A program made the translations under genes and the position numbers. Under the pieces are notes generated by a model. The model was not told the DNA's origin. It ran no database searches and saw only the letters and a program-made list of their open reading frames with translations. From an uncultured phage cr131_1, in the sequence record NC_055902.1: a stretch of 40,000 nt of DNA; one strand, given 5' to 3'. The stretch's first letter is position 1. Each line of letters begins with the position of its first letter. Positions 1 to 15,000 of the stretch are shown here, piece by piece.

Positions 1-26
1 GGCTGCTTTGGGATTCAATAAAAGGA

Positions 27-3000
27 ATGTCAGTTATCGACTCGAAGGAGTCTAACTTACGAAAAGACATCGCTAGAAATAGAACAAATGAAGTATTACA
101 TGATTATGATGAACGACTAAAAAACGATTACAATCGGTATGAGAATATTAAAAAAGATGACTTTGATCGTTCTAGATCATTAGATGCGCAGTATGCAGAA
201 GAACGCCAAAAAGCTTTAAATGCAGGAATATAGGAAGCATTTAAAAATATTACAAAAGATAAAAAGTCAAGTATTGCTAAGCAGGAAAACTCTCTTACAA
301 AATCTTAGATGCATTTGTTGGATGCCGAAAAGTTATTAGATTATGATAACGCTAGAACAAACTCTTATATAAATTAGCAGAAAGTAAAGAAAGCGCAAGC
401 CCAACAAGATTATATAGATACTGCGAAGTTTTAGGAAAGAATGAACTAGATATTTGAGCCATCTAAAGCCATACAAGAAGGATTACAAGTAAATCAAAAC
501 GCAAGTATATTTGATTGGAACTATTGGAAATATGTAATGCCAAATATGATAGGTAGTTCTAACTCATCGTTGTCTCAAATTAAAGCTAATGCCCTGTAGA
601 CAGCTGGAACTGTTGCTGGAGTAGCCTTGGCTCCTGTTACTGGAGGTGGATCATTAGCATTAACAAACCTTTCTACTATAGCAAGTGCTCCATGGCAAAT
701 AGAAGGTGCACTTGATGAAAACCGTGGAGAGATTGGATCAAGAAGAGTCGACAATTTAGTACAAGCGATGCGCGAATTAAATGACGACAACGGAAACAAT
801 GATATCGTTAATGACTTAAAACGCCAATCTATAGCTTATTGGAAATCACAAGGAATGCCTGATGACTGGATTAATTCAAGATTTAATAGTGGCTCAGACG
901 AAGATGTTGCTAATGTAATGCGTGACTTTATAGCAGGATATACTAGGAACAATAGCCCTAAACTAAAAGCAGCATTTTTTGAAAGCCAAAAAGGACTTAA
1001 AGCTCAATACTGGGCAGATAACTTACGTACTGCAGGAGAGTTTCCGGTGCAGTTTATGATGCAGTTAGTACCTACAGGATCAGCCAGAAAATATATGTCT
1101 ATAGGAATAGACCGTAAAATGTAGACAATAGCAAATAAGGTTAAATCTGGAGCTATTACAGAAGACGTTGCTCAGAGATGGATGCGCAGATATGGTGCAA
1201 AAGAGGCCGAATCAAATGCTAGTAAGTTTGCGCATGGATTTAATTCTGTAAAGTCTTAGATGAGTAGCGGATTTGAAACAGGAGCTACTATAATGGATTC
1301 TCTTGGATTCGGATACGGTGGCCACGTAATAGGTGGTACAATCGGAGCAATTACTAAACCAGTATTTAAATTAGGAGCAAGTATGCTACCTGAAACATTT
1401 AGAGCTGATATTGCAGATTTAGGGCGTACATTTATGCATAAATACAGATGGATCTATGATAAGTTATTGCCCAAACAATGGATGCGTCTTGCAGCTAAGT
1501 ATGGACTTAATGCTATAAACAGAGGAGTAATTTCTGGATTGTCTGAAGGTGCAGAGGAAGGTGTTCAGTATCTGAACTCACAAGAAGATTTTGCATCTCA
1601 GTTTGGATTCTCTGTTCCAAACATTGCTGATCTATTGGCAAATGACTGGGCACAAGGTAGACGAGTTGCTAGTGCATATATGGCATTACTTGGATTAAGT
1701 AAATCTGAATTATCGGATGATGAGGAATTTTGGTAGAATGTACGAGGTGGATTTGCATTAGGATTTGCTCATCCTGCAATAATGAACATTGCCGGTAGTG
1801 TACCAAATGCAATTCGTCAATATAATGCTGATCAAGTACTTACAGAAAGTCTTGTTATGGGTCGTGAGCTCGATAAATTAGATCGTGCTGCTAATGTTAC
1901 ATTTGCTAAATGGGCAATGAAAGGCAAAGGAGGCACTCTTTTATCTGAATTGTCTAGATTGTATGAAGAAGATAAACAGCGTGATGGTGATGAAAGAAAA
2001 CACTCAGATGAAGATTATGACGAAAAACTTAATGCTATCCAGACGATAAATAGACTTGTTGAAAACAAGCGAGTACGTGGAATGCTTGAAGCAAAAGGGT
2101 TTAAATACGGTACAAGTGAATATGCGCATGCTGTAGCCGATATATATAATACGCAATCTTCATTACTTGAAAACAGCAAAGAGACTGTATCACAAAATAA
2201 TACTCTGCAACAGTTGTATAATACGCCAGAATTCCAAGAAGAAATGGGTAAGCTCGTTACTAGCGCACTAGATACCGATTTTGGAGTACAGATGCTTCTT
2301 AAGAATAGACAACTTTAGGCTGCCGATGAAGTAGAAGCAAATCTGATGAAACAAGCCAAAGAGTCTGGAGAGCAAGTTGGATCTAAAAAATTCAAGAAGA
2401 AAGTATATGATGCAAGAAAAGCTGCAGAAGAAGAAGCTAAAGCTAACTTTATCGATGAGGCTAAACAGAAAGTTTTGTATCAAACTAGACTTGCAAATAG
2501 ACTTAAGGCATTGATCAACATAAAACGTCAGGAGCATTCTCTTAATTAGATTTATACTAAATTAGCAAAACTTAATATAAAGTCTAAAAAACAAGATTCT
2601 AAGCTAGTATCAGATGAGATTGACAAACAAATAAAAGAAGTTAAAGATACTTTATTAAGTATCGATGACACTCTTGATTTTGGTAAGACTAATGAGGACG
2701 CATTAAAGACAATAGATTCGCTCCCATTGGTTACAAAATATAATTCAGACGAGTCTCAGCAGCTTGAATTAAACTTAGCGATGTTACGTGCAGACAGAGC
2801 TGTCACAGAACAGACGTTGAATACATTCCAATATGGTGTTGTTAAAGATAAAGATGGTAAGTATCAGTATAATGAAAAGCAATATCTGAAAGAATCTGAT
2901 AGAGATAGACGACTAAACGCTGCTAAAAGAGCAGGAGATGACGAGCTTGTAAAACAAATTGAATCCGAGGATACTACAATGGAGTATAATCCGGACGATG

Positions 3001-6000
3001 TTGCAAATAATGCTTATAAACATCGTATTTCAACTATCATGCAAGCTGAAAAGCGTAATGATAAATTAGATACAATGGTAGCCGATATGTACGCAGGTGA
3101 TGCTACTGCAAAATATATGGAAAGTGTTGTAGAAGAGCAAGAACGTGCAGCCAAAGAAGCTAGTAAATTGCCAATCAAACATAAAAAACCGGAAGGAGAT
3201 CCATTGGCAAGTCCTAGTAATAAACCTACTGTATCTCCTGCTTCAGTTACAACAGCGCCTTCTACTGAATCTAAATTGGAGCAAACTAAGGAAAAGCGAA
3301 AGGAAGCATTTACAAAATCTGAAGAGAAATTCCAACGTAATAAACAACGTGCGAAAGATGCATATGAACGTCGTAAGAAACGTTATAAGAACTGGAAGAA
3401 AGGTAGCCTAAATGCAGCAATAATTCCGTTCCAAGATGCTATGGTATCTATTGCTAATAACCTAATGAAAAATGCAGAAATAGGTGTATATAAAATATAG
3501 CAATTCATAGAAGATGTAAAAGAGATTGCAGGTGATGTTGATATAAAAGACTACATACCTCAACTAAAACAGTTATACATAAAGAATGCTATAAAAATTG
3601 CATATCAGCAGCCTGATTTTGCTAATAATGTAAGTTTTGCTGACGAAGTTGTAGCATACGGTGTTGTAGCAAAACCTCCATATATACGTCCTGAGATACA
3701 AATAACAAATCCTGTTCAATATATATTAAATCAAGATGAAGCTAAGATTGATAAAGCTACTGCATCTTATTTTGATGTAATTGTTGAAACGGAAAATGGT
3801 CCAGTATTGTGTACAAATAAAGAAGCTGCTGATAAAATATCTGATACAAATAAGCTAACTCTTAATCAGATTATATCTGAATTAAATAATGTTAAGAACT
3901 CGGACGAAGCTTTTTTAAATAAGCTCGAATCTATATTTAGAAACACGCCTGTACAATATAAAGAGTATCTAAAGTATAAAAACATTCCTGGTATAGTCGA
4001 AGCCATTGCTAGAAATGCAATAGCAGTACATCCTACTAATAGTATTATAGCTGGAATTAAAGTTAGAAACGCTGTAATTGCTACATTACTTGGTAGAGAA
4101 TCAGAACTTGAGCCTAGTGTATATGGTACTGATTTTAATGACCTTGTAAATGATTGTAGAGATCTTAGAAACACATTATTAACGGCTGGATATACTGTTA
4201 TTACTACAGCATAGAATGTGTATGATTTGGATACTAAAACATGCGAAGAAGTTGACATTATACTTACAAATGAAAAAGGTGAAATTCGTATAATAGATGT
4301 GTTATCATCTTATACAGATATACTTAGTAGATGGGAATATAAACCTGGAGCGTAGGCACACTATCTTATACGTGAGCGTGAAGAAGATATGCTTCATAAT
4401 CTAGAAGATATGATTTCTAAGAAAACAGGAAAAGATGTTACATCATTAGGTGTATTACCGGTATTGGCGAATGGACGATTTATTTCGATTCAAAAGCAAT
4501 GCGGCATAATTAAATTCCTACCTGTTACTCTCAAGAATTCTCTGGCAAAAAATGAATATGAAGGATTGAGCCAAGATGAATGGGAAGAACTTATGCGTGT
4601 AAAACAGCAAGCTATTGTTGAAATCGTAAATAAGTATAATGAAACTGCGCTTGCATATAATATCATACTTAAACAAGTAAAGAAATTAGGACAAAGCTTA
4701 TACGACAATCAGAATGAGATATAGACTATTCAGTATCCTACTCCTGTGTCATTGAAAGACTGTGATGAAATTGCTAATAAACTTAGTCAACAATTACAAG
4801 AAATTCAATAGAAGCAAAATGAATTAAATGTTCACTATACTGAAGTAAAGACTTAGCGCGAAGCATAGCTTAGATCCGAAGAAGAGGAAGAGTATTTCAA
4901 GCAGTATGTAGAAGCTATTTCAGAGTCGCAGCCAACTCCAATTGAATTAGTAGGACTCTTAGACGACAGCTGTAGAGAGTTGGATTTATTGCTCGACGAA
5001 TTTACTCCAGGAAAGCCTATTAGTGAAGAAGATAAAGCTTTAATTAATAAAATATATAAAGCTATATTTGATGCTCAATGTGCACTTGATGATGTACTTC
5101 AAACTAAATCTTTGGAAGGAATTGATGTTACTGCAGAAGAAGAACTTATTGCATCTGCTGTTGAAAAACTTGTTCAGAATAGGTAGTATTTCGGAGCTGC
5201 ATCTATGTTCATGCAAAGATGGTGGTTAACTACTTTCACAGGAGTACATGATAATTATAATTCGTATTGGCGTCAATTAAATTCTTGGGAGAAAACGCTG
5301 AGAGATCATGTATTGAATGATTTATATGGGCATGAAAAATTACAAGCCTGGTATAATTCGTTAATAAACAATTATTTATCAGTATTACTTGATAATGCTT
5401 AGGATTTCTTAAAAAATCGTATTGGAAATGATCGTATACAGATAGGTTCACTTACAAATGTTATTAAATCTGTACGTGATTTATCTAATGAATTCAATAT
5501 TCGTTATGGTGATGTAGAAGATGAACAATTCCCAGAACCTCCTAAAAGCGAATTAGAACGAATAAATAGAATGCCGCATGCATTTAAAGATTATTATAAT
5601 GTTTCTAAAGTACATCCACTCTCATGGAATGCAATGAGTATAAATGATAATTATTATTGGATGTCAAAACAACCTGACTTTTTAGAGAAATCAACATTTA
5701 ATCTATATGTGGCAACTAAAGATATGCATTACGTAAATAAACGTACAGGTGCTTCTTATGCGATAAAACCTGGAGAACTCGCTGTATATGTTACATATAC
5801 CGATAAAGACGGTAAAAAACATTGGGCAGATATTCCATTAATGATAGATGAATCGTACTATCCAAACGCTACTGAAGACGAAAGACGTAGAATGCGTGAC
5901 GTAAATCAAGGATAGAAGAAGTTTACAAAACGTTACCTAAAAATGGTAGAATACGTTAAAACTCATCCTGGAACAAAAATAAATGTTACATTCAATACAA

Positions 6001-9000
6001 ATAAAGGTAGTATAGAGTACGATAAAAATGGCAATTACCATTCTCCGATGGATTTTGTATTTAAAGGATACGGTAACGAAATAGATCTATATACTGTAGC
6101 AGCTACTCCTAGTAGTAGAATTGGTATAAGCGATTTTAGATGTGGCCGAGATGGAACAATCAGTTATGATGTATATACAGGTCCAAATATGAATTAGCTT
6201 ATAACTGGATTTGATGAGGAATTTAAGAAACAAACTCTTAGAATTAACAGTGGTGCTATTATATATAAATATTATACTGGAAATAAGAAAACGATAGGTA
6301 TTCCAATTGTAGGAGCTACTATAGGTTAGGTAAGTCCGACAATGGCATCTAAACTTGCTGAAGTATTAATAGCACTGTATAATGGAGAAACTACGTATAA
6401 AGGCTATGATCCGTATTAGCTTGCCCATCAGTTATTGTATGTACAAAATCCGAATGATACCAGAATTCTTTCTCAATATAACAAAACAACCAATATGGTT
6501 GAAATTGTTAAACAAGGTAATGTCAATGGTATAAAGATTGGAAATACTTTATTTAATATAAATGATCTTAAAGAACGCGAAAAGTTAGTACAAAAAATAG
6601 CTTCAATGAGCGTAACGATCAATGCTAAAGAATTGAACTTTAATGTAGCTTAGTCATCAAACAGTTTATTTGAAGCAGTTCGTTCACAATTCTTAAATAC
6701 ATCTGCAAATGAAATAGAATTGCCTAATGGATTAGTAATGACTCGTGATGATTTTACACATTAGAATGCTAATTCTGTAGGATCTACTTGGTTGGGATGT
6801 ATGCTCAGAAAAGGTTTACTTGTTACAAAAGCTATAGGATAGTCTTATACACAGGTAAATATTACTAGTTGCGAACTAGTAAATGAGAATGATGTAGATG
6901 CTGCTAGTAATCAAGCTGCTGCTGATCAAATTGCAAAACAAAAAATCGATCAAAAGCAAAAAGAAAATAATAGACAGCATATCTTCGATATACTCGATAG
7001 TAATCTGTTAATGAAGCAGAGAAAAAATCCTGGTAGCGGATGGTCACAATCAACTAGAGATGATGTATTAAACTTCTTCGATGAAGTCTTAGGTGATTTG
7101 GCAAAACACGGATCTACATTAAATCTTGAAGATGATACTTGCTTAGGGTAGATTGGCAATGAATACATTATGGGTGTTTGTCATGCATTATCGATTGACT
7201 TATCTACACATGCTCCAAAGAGTGCTGCTTATCACGAGGCATTTCATAAAATATTCGAGTTACTTGTTCCTGAAAATACTCGTGATAGACTATATGAACG
7301 ATTTAGAAGTCGCCATAAGAATGCTACAGATAGACAAATAGCAGAAGAATTTGCTGACCTATTTACTAGATATATGGCAAATCGTAGAGATTCAGACAAA
7401 TCTAAATGGTATAAACGTCTGTTCTCATGGTTTAAGAAAATAGGCATAACTATAGGTATATTGCGAAAAGTAGGCTTACGAGGAACGACAGAACTATATC
7501 AAGTATTCAATGATACTACAAATGGAAAATACCGTAATGCTACTATTAGTGAAAAGCAAAAAGCTAGATTTGATAAATTGTTTAAGGGAGGTCTTTATTA
7601 TACTGTAACGAACACAAAGACTGGAAAATCGGTTAATTTTACAGAATTACATAACAGTGCTGATGTATAGGATATGGTAGAGTCATTAGGATTCTTTGCA
7701 GCTAGAGTGCTTAAACTCGATGCATTAAACGCTTCGGATCTAAAGCTACAAACTTCTAAAAATCTTATGAGAGCATTACCTTAGGAATTCATAGATGCAT
7801 TATGTGGAAAAGGAGTGCCAGAAAAGGATCTCACTTATTCACAAAGAGCATATAGAGAAGTATTTAAAGCTGGTATCACATATGAATATGCGCCTAATGC
7901 TAAACAAAACGATGCGCCAATAGGTAAAAAAGTAAGATATCCTAATTTAGATATACTTCTTCCAAAAGTAAATGAATACCTTAAAAATGCTATTACAAGA
8001 TATGCTGGAAAAATAAATGAACGTGACAATGAGGACGAAGATGAAAAAGTAATGAACAGTAATATCGATAAGTTTGATAGAGCTTCATACGAATTTTCTA
8101 AACTCGATTCAATTCCAGATAGCGTGAAATTCTTCTTCGCTACTGTACCATATCTTACGTGGCAGGATACTGAAGACGGGCGCGTTGTTGCATATGATTT
8201 GTCCAAGAATAAATTTCAATCACCTACATTTATGCCACTTGAAGAAGTTTATAATGTGCTTATAAATGAGTTCGGAAAGATTACTACTGCTAAGGAATTG
8301 GACGATGAATTGGCTAAAAAATCTAATGCTAAACCTATGTATAAGTTCGTATACGACAAGTTCCATGCGTTGTATACACAAGCATATGCTGTTGATGAAA
8401 ACAACAATGTAAAGATCGACTATGATAAAGAAGCATATATGTTACAAATAGTTGGAGCTTTACATAGTATGAAGCATACTTTCGTTTATGCTCAATCTGA
8501 ACGTCAGGCCGATGGTAGTAAATCAGTAACTATAAAAGAATCGTCTCTTGACCGTGATAAACGAATGTTCTCAACACAATGGACTAACTTCTTAGTTTCT
8601 GGACAGGTGTCCGTGTTTAATAGAAATAGGGACTAGAACGGTCATTTAACATTTAGAGAAGGTATGGGAGGTCCGAAAGGACAGGATGTATTTAGTAGAA
8701 CTGCCAAATCATTATCTGATATTAGAGAGTGGATTACATCTGCAAATGACGAACTAACTCTTGATGGAATAACTTATCATAAAGCTGCATATCGTGAAAT
8801 AGATGTACTAAAAGATTAGATTATATCTAAATTAAATAAGATAGGTATAATATTTACAAAAGAAGCACTCGATCATATGCTATCCACAGCGTATGGAGAT
8901 ATAGGATATGAAGGATTAGCTTAGATGTTCACCAATAAAGGCGTATCTTAGATAACTACATTTATAGATTTATTAAACTCTTTTGTAAATCCGGATGGAT

Positions 9001-12000
9001 CTGTAAACCAGCAAAATGTATTAAAGGGTTATGTCAATAACGGATTTGTAAAAGAACTTGGTAATATGCAAGGAGCGTATAATCGTATTACTATTAGTAA
9101 TATGGCACAAGGACTTGGCGGAAAGAGGTACTTTTCTATTTCACAGAACAACAGTATTACGACTATTGTAGATGCACTTAATACAAATGATCCAAATAAC
9201 CCGTTAATTCAACGTTTAAATAGGTTTGGATATAACATACAGACTGTAAATGGAATTCCTTCCGGCTCTATAATATTACGTAACAAGAATAATAAACTGC
9301 GTGTATTTACATACCTTGGTCTAAAAACTGATAACCGTAATGATAATGGAACGGAATATAAGTTGGAATCTCAGATAGACGACTATATTACTAAAATGGC
9401 AATGCTTCAATAGGGTATATTAATATTCCCGACATTGGCAGATAAAGGTACGTGGATGTGTATTGATGGTGTAAAGATACCAGGTATTGAATTTGGCGAG
9501 GCTATAGATCAATTTGGCAATAAACAATGTACCGTAAAAAATGTTCCTACTATAATATGGTAGAAAACAAAAGCAGGTTTAGTTCCGCATTTACGTCCAT
9601 CTAATGCAGTACTTGATCAAATGATACAGTATGCAGAAGGTGAAAAGCTGGCAATATGCCAATGTATGGATGAATTAGGATACCCTGAAATACCTGGATA
9701 TGAAAAAGTTAGAAAAAGTGCTATTCCGAAAGCTGCTCGTATAAAAAACTATCATACTAAGAATAAGCAAGGAGTAGAACCCAACGGTACTAGATTTTTA
9801 TCATTAACCGAGTTACGTGTATTTAGAAACGATAAGGACAAAGATGGAAATCAAATACAAAAAATAGATGCTATTAATCTAAATAATCCAAATGTCAGCA
9901 GTGTTGATCTATTAAAACTTGCGAACGAACAGTTCTTTAATAAAACACTTGAAGAAAAGCGCGAAATTATGGCGCTAACTCTTGAAAGCCAACTGGATTC
10001 AGAAATCGATAAAGCACAGTCTCTCGGTTTAATAGAGCGAAAAGATTGGGATAAAGGAGATGGCACTATTGGAGCTTACGCAAATGATACGCTTTCTAAA
10101 TTAAATCTTACAAATGTACATCTCAATAATAAGTAGATTCAAATAGTAGCATTGTAGATAATGAATTCTATAGAAGGATTTAAGAATATGCCTGCTGGTG
10201 CAGAAAAAAATGCTAGATTTGAAGCTTGTAGAAGTCTTGCAATAGCAGCTATCTTGTAGGATGGTACTATTCGTAGCATTATATCATCTCAAGAGACACT
10301 TAGATGTTTTGTAGGACACCCTGGAGAATTTAAGGTAGCGTATGATATGAAGCACGGGCGTATTAAAGATAGTACAGCCGATCTACAAAAACGTATTGGC
10401 GGTCTAGTATCTACTGGAGAAGATAACGTTCCAGCACCATATATGTCACAGACATATCGTTGTGCAGAATGTTCCGATTATACAGTAGGGTCTACTGCAA
10501 ATATTGCAGGTAGATTACGCGAACTATTTAAATCTTCATGTGCTAAAGAATCTGCAGCAATTGCGGCAGAAAATGTAATAGATGAATATTTCGCTAAAGA
10601 TGAGTCAGCTATTAATAAAGATATAAGATCTTCAAAATTAGATTTTAAAAATGAGGCTGAAATAAAATTAGAGAAGTTACTTAATGAAAAAGATAGTGCA
10701 AAGAAAGAAATCTGGCATAATGTATATGCACTCAATGATATATCTAGTTTAAAAGATCGTGACTATTTAAGAGGCATTTTAGGTAAATATTTAAGTGAAG
10801 AAAGCGCTATTGATAAAATCGTAAATGCCGTTAGCAATGCAGAAGAATTGTCTGAAAAATTTGCAGCTGCTTACGATGAAGATATCAATGTTGCTGACGG
10901 TGCGTCTTACATTACAGCAGATATGTGTGAAAATTTGTTACGTATGCGTGGACAATTAACTGGAAAAGTCAAGGCTGCATTTGATTTGCTTAGCGGTAAA
11001 GAAGCTGGAACTTGGACATCTAAAGTTGAAGCATACAATACTGTATACGATGCTGTAAACATAGTTACAACCAAATATACTGCATATGGATTTAGAGATC
11101 ATACATTAAACGATGAGAAAATGTCAGATGTATGTGTAGCATATTATAATAAGTTTGCATTGTTCCCATTGTTCCCAGGTATTGCTACAGGACATATGGC
11201 CGGTATCTATCAGAAAATGTTAAATGAGAAAGTAGACATGCTGCTGATGGATTCTGCTGTAAAGGTTGGTTCTTAGGGTGCAGTAGAATATAAAGACGGT
11301 GCTATAAACGAACCATTTAATGTGTATGAGCAGGATTTCACATTCTTAAGACGACAGCTTAATACTGATCCAGAAGAGGGTGAGTTTGCAAATCTTGGTA
11401 CACAGATGATAAAGATTGTACTCCAGAACTTACGTTTGTTTAGAGATAATTATATTGATTCTCGTACTGGAAAACCCATTGATGGTAAGACTATTTTGTC
11501 AGAATACATGGGCGCTATTAATAAATTAGAGAGACTTGGTGTAAAAGAATTTGATGATAAATTCTTTACTGATGGAAAATTAGATCAAAAGAAACTATCC
11601 GCATATTTACTTGATCAATTAACTTCTAGAGATGCCGATAAAGGATTACTTGAAGCACTGTAGTTAAATAACGACGGTTAGATTAGTTGCCCGATTGCAG
11701 CTACATAGGATTCTTCATGGATTGAAAGTATATTTATATCTGCAATTAACAAAGCTATTGTAAATATTCCTACACCAGGTAATTCATTTGTACAGCGCTC
11801 CGTATTTGCAATGGAAAATTCAGCCACAGAAGGTGGAAGTATTCAAGGTGCAAATAAATATAATGGAAAGAAGTTGTAGATGATCAACGAAGATCATTCT
11901 ATGGATGCTGTAATATCTATAGACTATTTCGATTATATTTTACCAAAGCGTCCGATGTCATTTGAACAAAAACGTCAATGGCTTATTGACAATAACGTCA

Positions 12001-15000
12001 TTGGAGAAAATGCTAAAGCAAACACAATAGGTTATCGTATTCCTACACAGGCTCAATCTTCTATACATGCATTACGTTTTATAGATGTAATTGAAACGGT
12101 GAAGAGTACAATTATTCTACCAGAAGAATTTACGAAAATTACTGGTTCGGATAGACAATATCAATGTTCGAACCAGTATAATATAAAAAATCGTGTTAAT
12201 TGCTGGGAACTCCATGCCAAGTGGACAATCAGCAGCCAAGCCCTTATGGGAAGGTTCAACGACTAATTAAAGATAAAAATTTCCTAAATGGATAATAACG
12301 AACATGAAAACAAAATTTAATAAAGAATCAAGAAGCCTTATGATAGGCGCATTATTGGGCGATGGCTCAATAAGTAGTAATAATGTATACAAAATTGCAC
12401 ATTGTGAAGCTCAAAAAGATTATCTTGAGTGGAAAATAAAACAGTTTAATAATAGAGGTATACGTAATACTGGAATAAAAAGTTATATCAAAACTTGTGG
12501 ATATAATTCAGGAGTTCCAGTATATTATATGAAATTATATATCACACAGTTTGCCAAGGTACTTAGGCGTGTATTCTATAAACCGAAAAAAGTAATTGGA
12601 AATAGAAAACTATTAAATAGATTAGATGCGCTTGGTATAGCTATTTGGTATATGGATGATGGTCATATAAATATACGTAAATCAAAAGAAGGCAAGATAC
12701 ACGGATTTTATATAAAGATAGCTACGTGTCTTCCTAAATCAGAGGTATAGATTATTATTGATTATTTTAAAGAAGTATGGAACGTATAGTTTTATATGTT
12801 TCACGAAGGTAGAAAAGACGATAGTTTTTCTCTATGTTGTGGAACGAAAGAAGGTTTAAAATTCATAGACATAGTAAAACCATACGTATCACAAGTACCA
12901 TCTATGGTACATAAAATTCAGTTCGATTTAAGCCAACGCGTTAGAAATTTATATGATAAACGAAGTTGGAGTAGTGAAGAAAGAAAATCTCACGAAATGC
13001 ACGACACTAGAAATAGTGAAGATATAGTCTGATCTACATAGTAATATGTAGTTAACATTAATGTTTGATATAGACCACTTATATTTAGCAAGCTATAACT
13101 ACCAAACTGACGAAAACGGAAATGTTCATGAGGTAGTTGGTGGTGAAAGTAAAGAGGCTTATCAGAATAAATTGATAGATTGTATGATGACACTGTTGAA
13201 AGATACAGAGAATTCAATCAATTCACTGTTTAAGTCAATTGATAATGATACGACTCTTGCTAAATCTATTGCAGATCAAATTCCAACATCTAGTTCAACT
13301 AAATATTTGGCATATAACTTCGGAACGCTTCATGAACAAGCTGAACGACGACTTGACTACATTACAGGTAAGTTCGGTATTGGTCCATTTGCGCTTAATG
13401 TAACTAACCATGTATTAACATGCTTGTTTGGAGTGCGATTCAGAGATACTGAGTTTAATAGAGCTACTGGTATATTTAATTTTGACAAACTTGTTGACTA
13501 TGATGGAAATGCAATATCGTCTTGGATTTCTGCATTTATTAATGCGCACGTAGATATCGTAAAAGATCCGTGGGTATCTAGAATGGGTATTGATAAGTTT
13601 ACATATAATATGGTTAACTTATTGGTTCGTAGTGGATACGGAGAAGCAGGTATGTGGTTCATAGCTCAGCCAATCATTAGAGATATGGCTACTGCAAGTA
13701 GTAATGCCGAAAGTCAATTCTCTAGAGATGTATCTAAATACAGTTCTGTATATGCTGCACAGAAAGATGCTGTTGCACAATCAGTACTTCAATATTTAAG
13801 TAAAGATGAAGCAAGCGAAGATAATCTTAAAAAGTATATTGAATCTTCTCCTATTAATCTTAATACAAGAATAAATGCTGTAAATTACATCCGTAATAAT
13901 CAAGAAGTATTGAAGTAGATTGCAATAAATCCAGGAGCTGATACAGTAACTGTAGATGGTGTATAGTATGATGTAAAAGACGTACAAAAGAATGTATTTT
14001 ATGCATGGAAGACTCTCGAGAAGTATTCTTTAGCGTTAAATATGTTGGTACAATATACAAAAATTGACACAAAGAAAGAAGGAAAAACATTCCTTGAAAT
14101 GTAGCGATATCTTGATCAGTACACTAAGCTTACTACAGATGAAAGGTCATTGTGGGATTTGGATTCAATATAGCGATTAGTACAAAACACGTGGATTGAT
14201 TCTAAGACAGAAGATGCTTGTAATTATCCGTTTAAAGTACTTGGTGCACAAATGTTCAATGCAAATAGAACATTCATTAACAAGTTAGTATTACCTATAA
14301 CTAGGGCATTACAAGGGACCGATTCATCGTTAAATACTGATTTAATGAATGAAATCAGTTTAGCTTTATAGACTCGTATTAAATCTATGTATATTGTAGA
14401 CTACGCTAAACGTGTATTAGGTAAAACTGATCAAGATCTTACTAATCTGTTTATTGGCAACTGGTGCATGAACCATAGATTTAGTATGTTGTGGGATGCA
14501 ATTAGAAATAATCCGAAATATGCAAGACTAAAGGATAACCAATTACTGACACATTTATATGCACTACCTGAAGAGCAATCGGTATATGTTGATGGAAAAG
14601 AAGTAATGAGGCCAGCATTCTTATCAATATCTGATAGTATTGAAGATAGCAAATTAAATACTAAGTTGATGAAGGATGCTTGGGAAGATCTATTACGTGA
14701 CCCAGATGTAAATGTACAAAATTTTGCAAAAGATTTGATCGTATATTCGTTCTTATCTACCGGAGAGTATTCTGGATGGAATAAGCTGTTTAAATATGTG
14801 CCAGAATCATGGCGTACCGGTCAAATTGGAGATATACCTAATAATATGAATAGTTTTGCTGATTACATAAGAACACAACTTTCTGATGAATCGTTTATGT
14901 TGACTACAATGGATCAGTATCTTGAAGAAATTATTGCTAATCATTATTAGGATTATAAATTCTCAAGAAGAGTTAATATGCAAAACAAAGACGGTTCTTC

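Larger units (their letters stand above)
11880..13200 (+). other. RNA polymerase beta'-like (DPBB) active-site region within ORF A, DFDID metal-binding motif reconstituted by splicing
   Basis: Exon 1 ends '...NTIGYRIPTQAQSSIHALRFIDVIETVKSTIILPEEFTKITGSD'; exon 2 begins 'FDIDHLYLASYN'. The joined 'RIPTQ...ITGSDFDIDHLY' resembles the catalytic loop of crAss-like/YonO-type single-chain RNAPs (DxDxD). Confidence 0.85.

Noticed and set aside
12153-12266. ORF-track protein 11880..12266 extending past 12152 as genuine coding sequence
   Set aside because: The last ~38 residues are translated intron (P1/P/Q/R elements), not protein.
12153-13063. Intein rather than intron
   Set aside because: The insert contains in-frame stops and ribozyme core elements in RNA, and the endonuclease is in a different frame from the exons.
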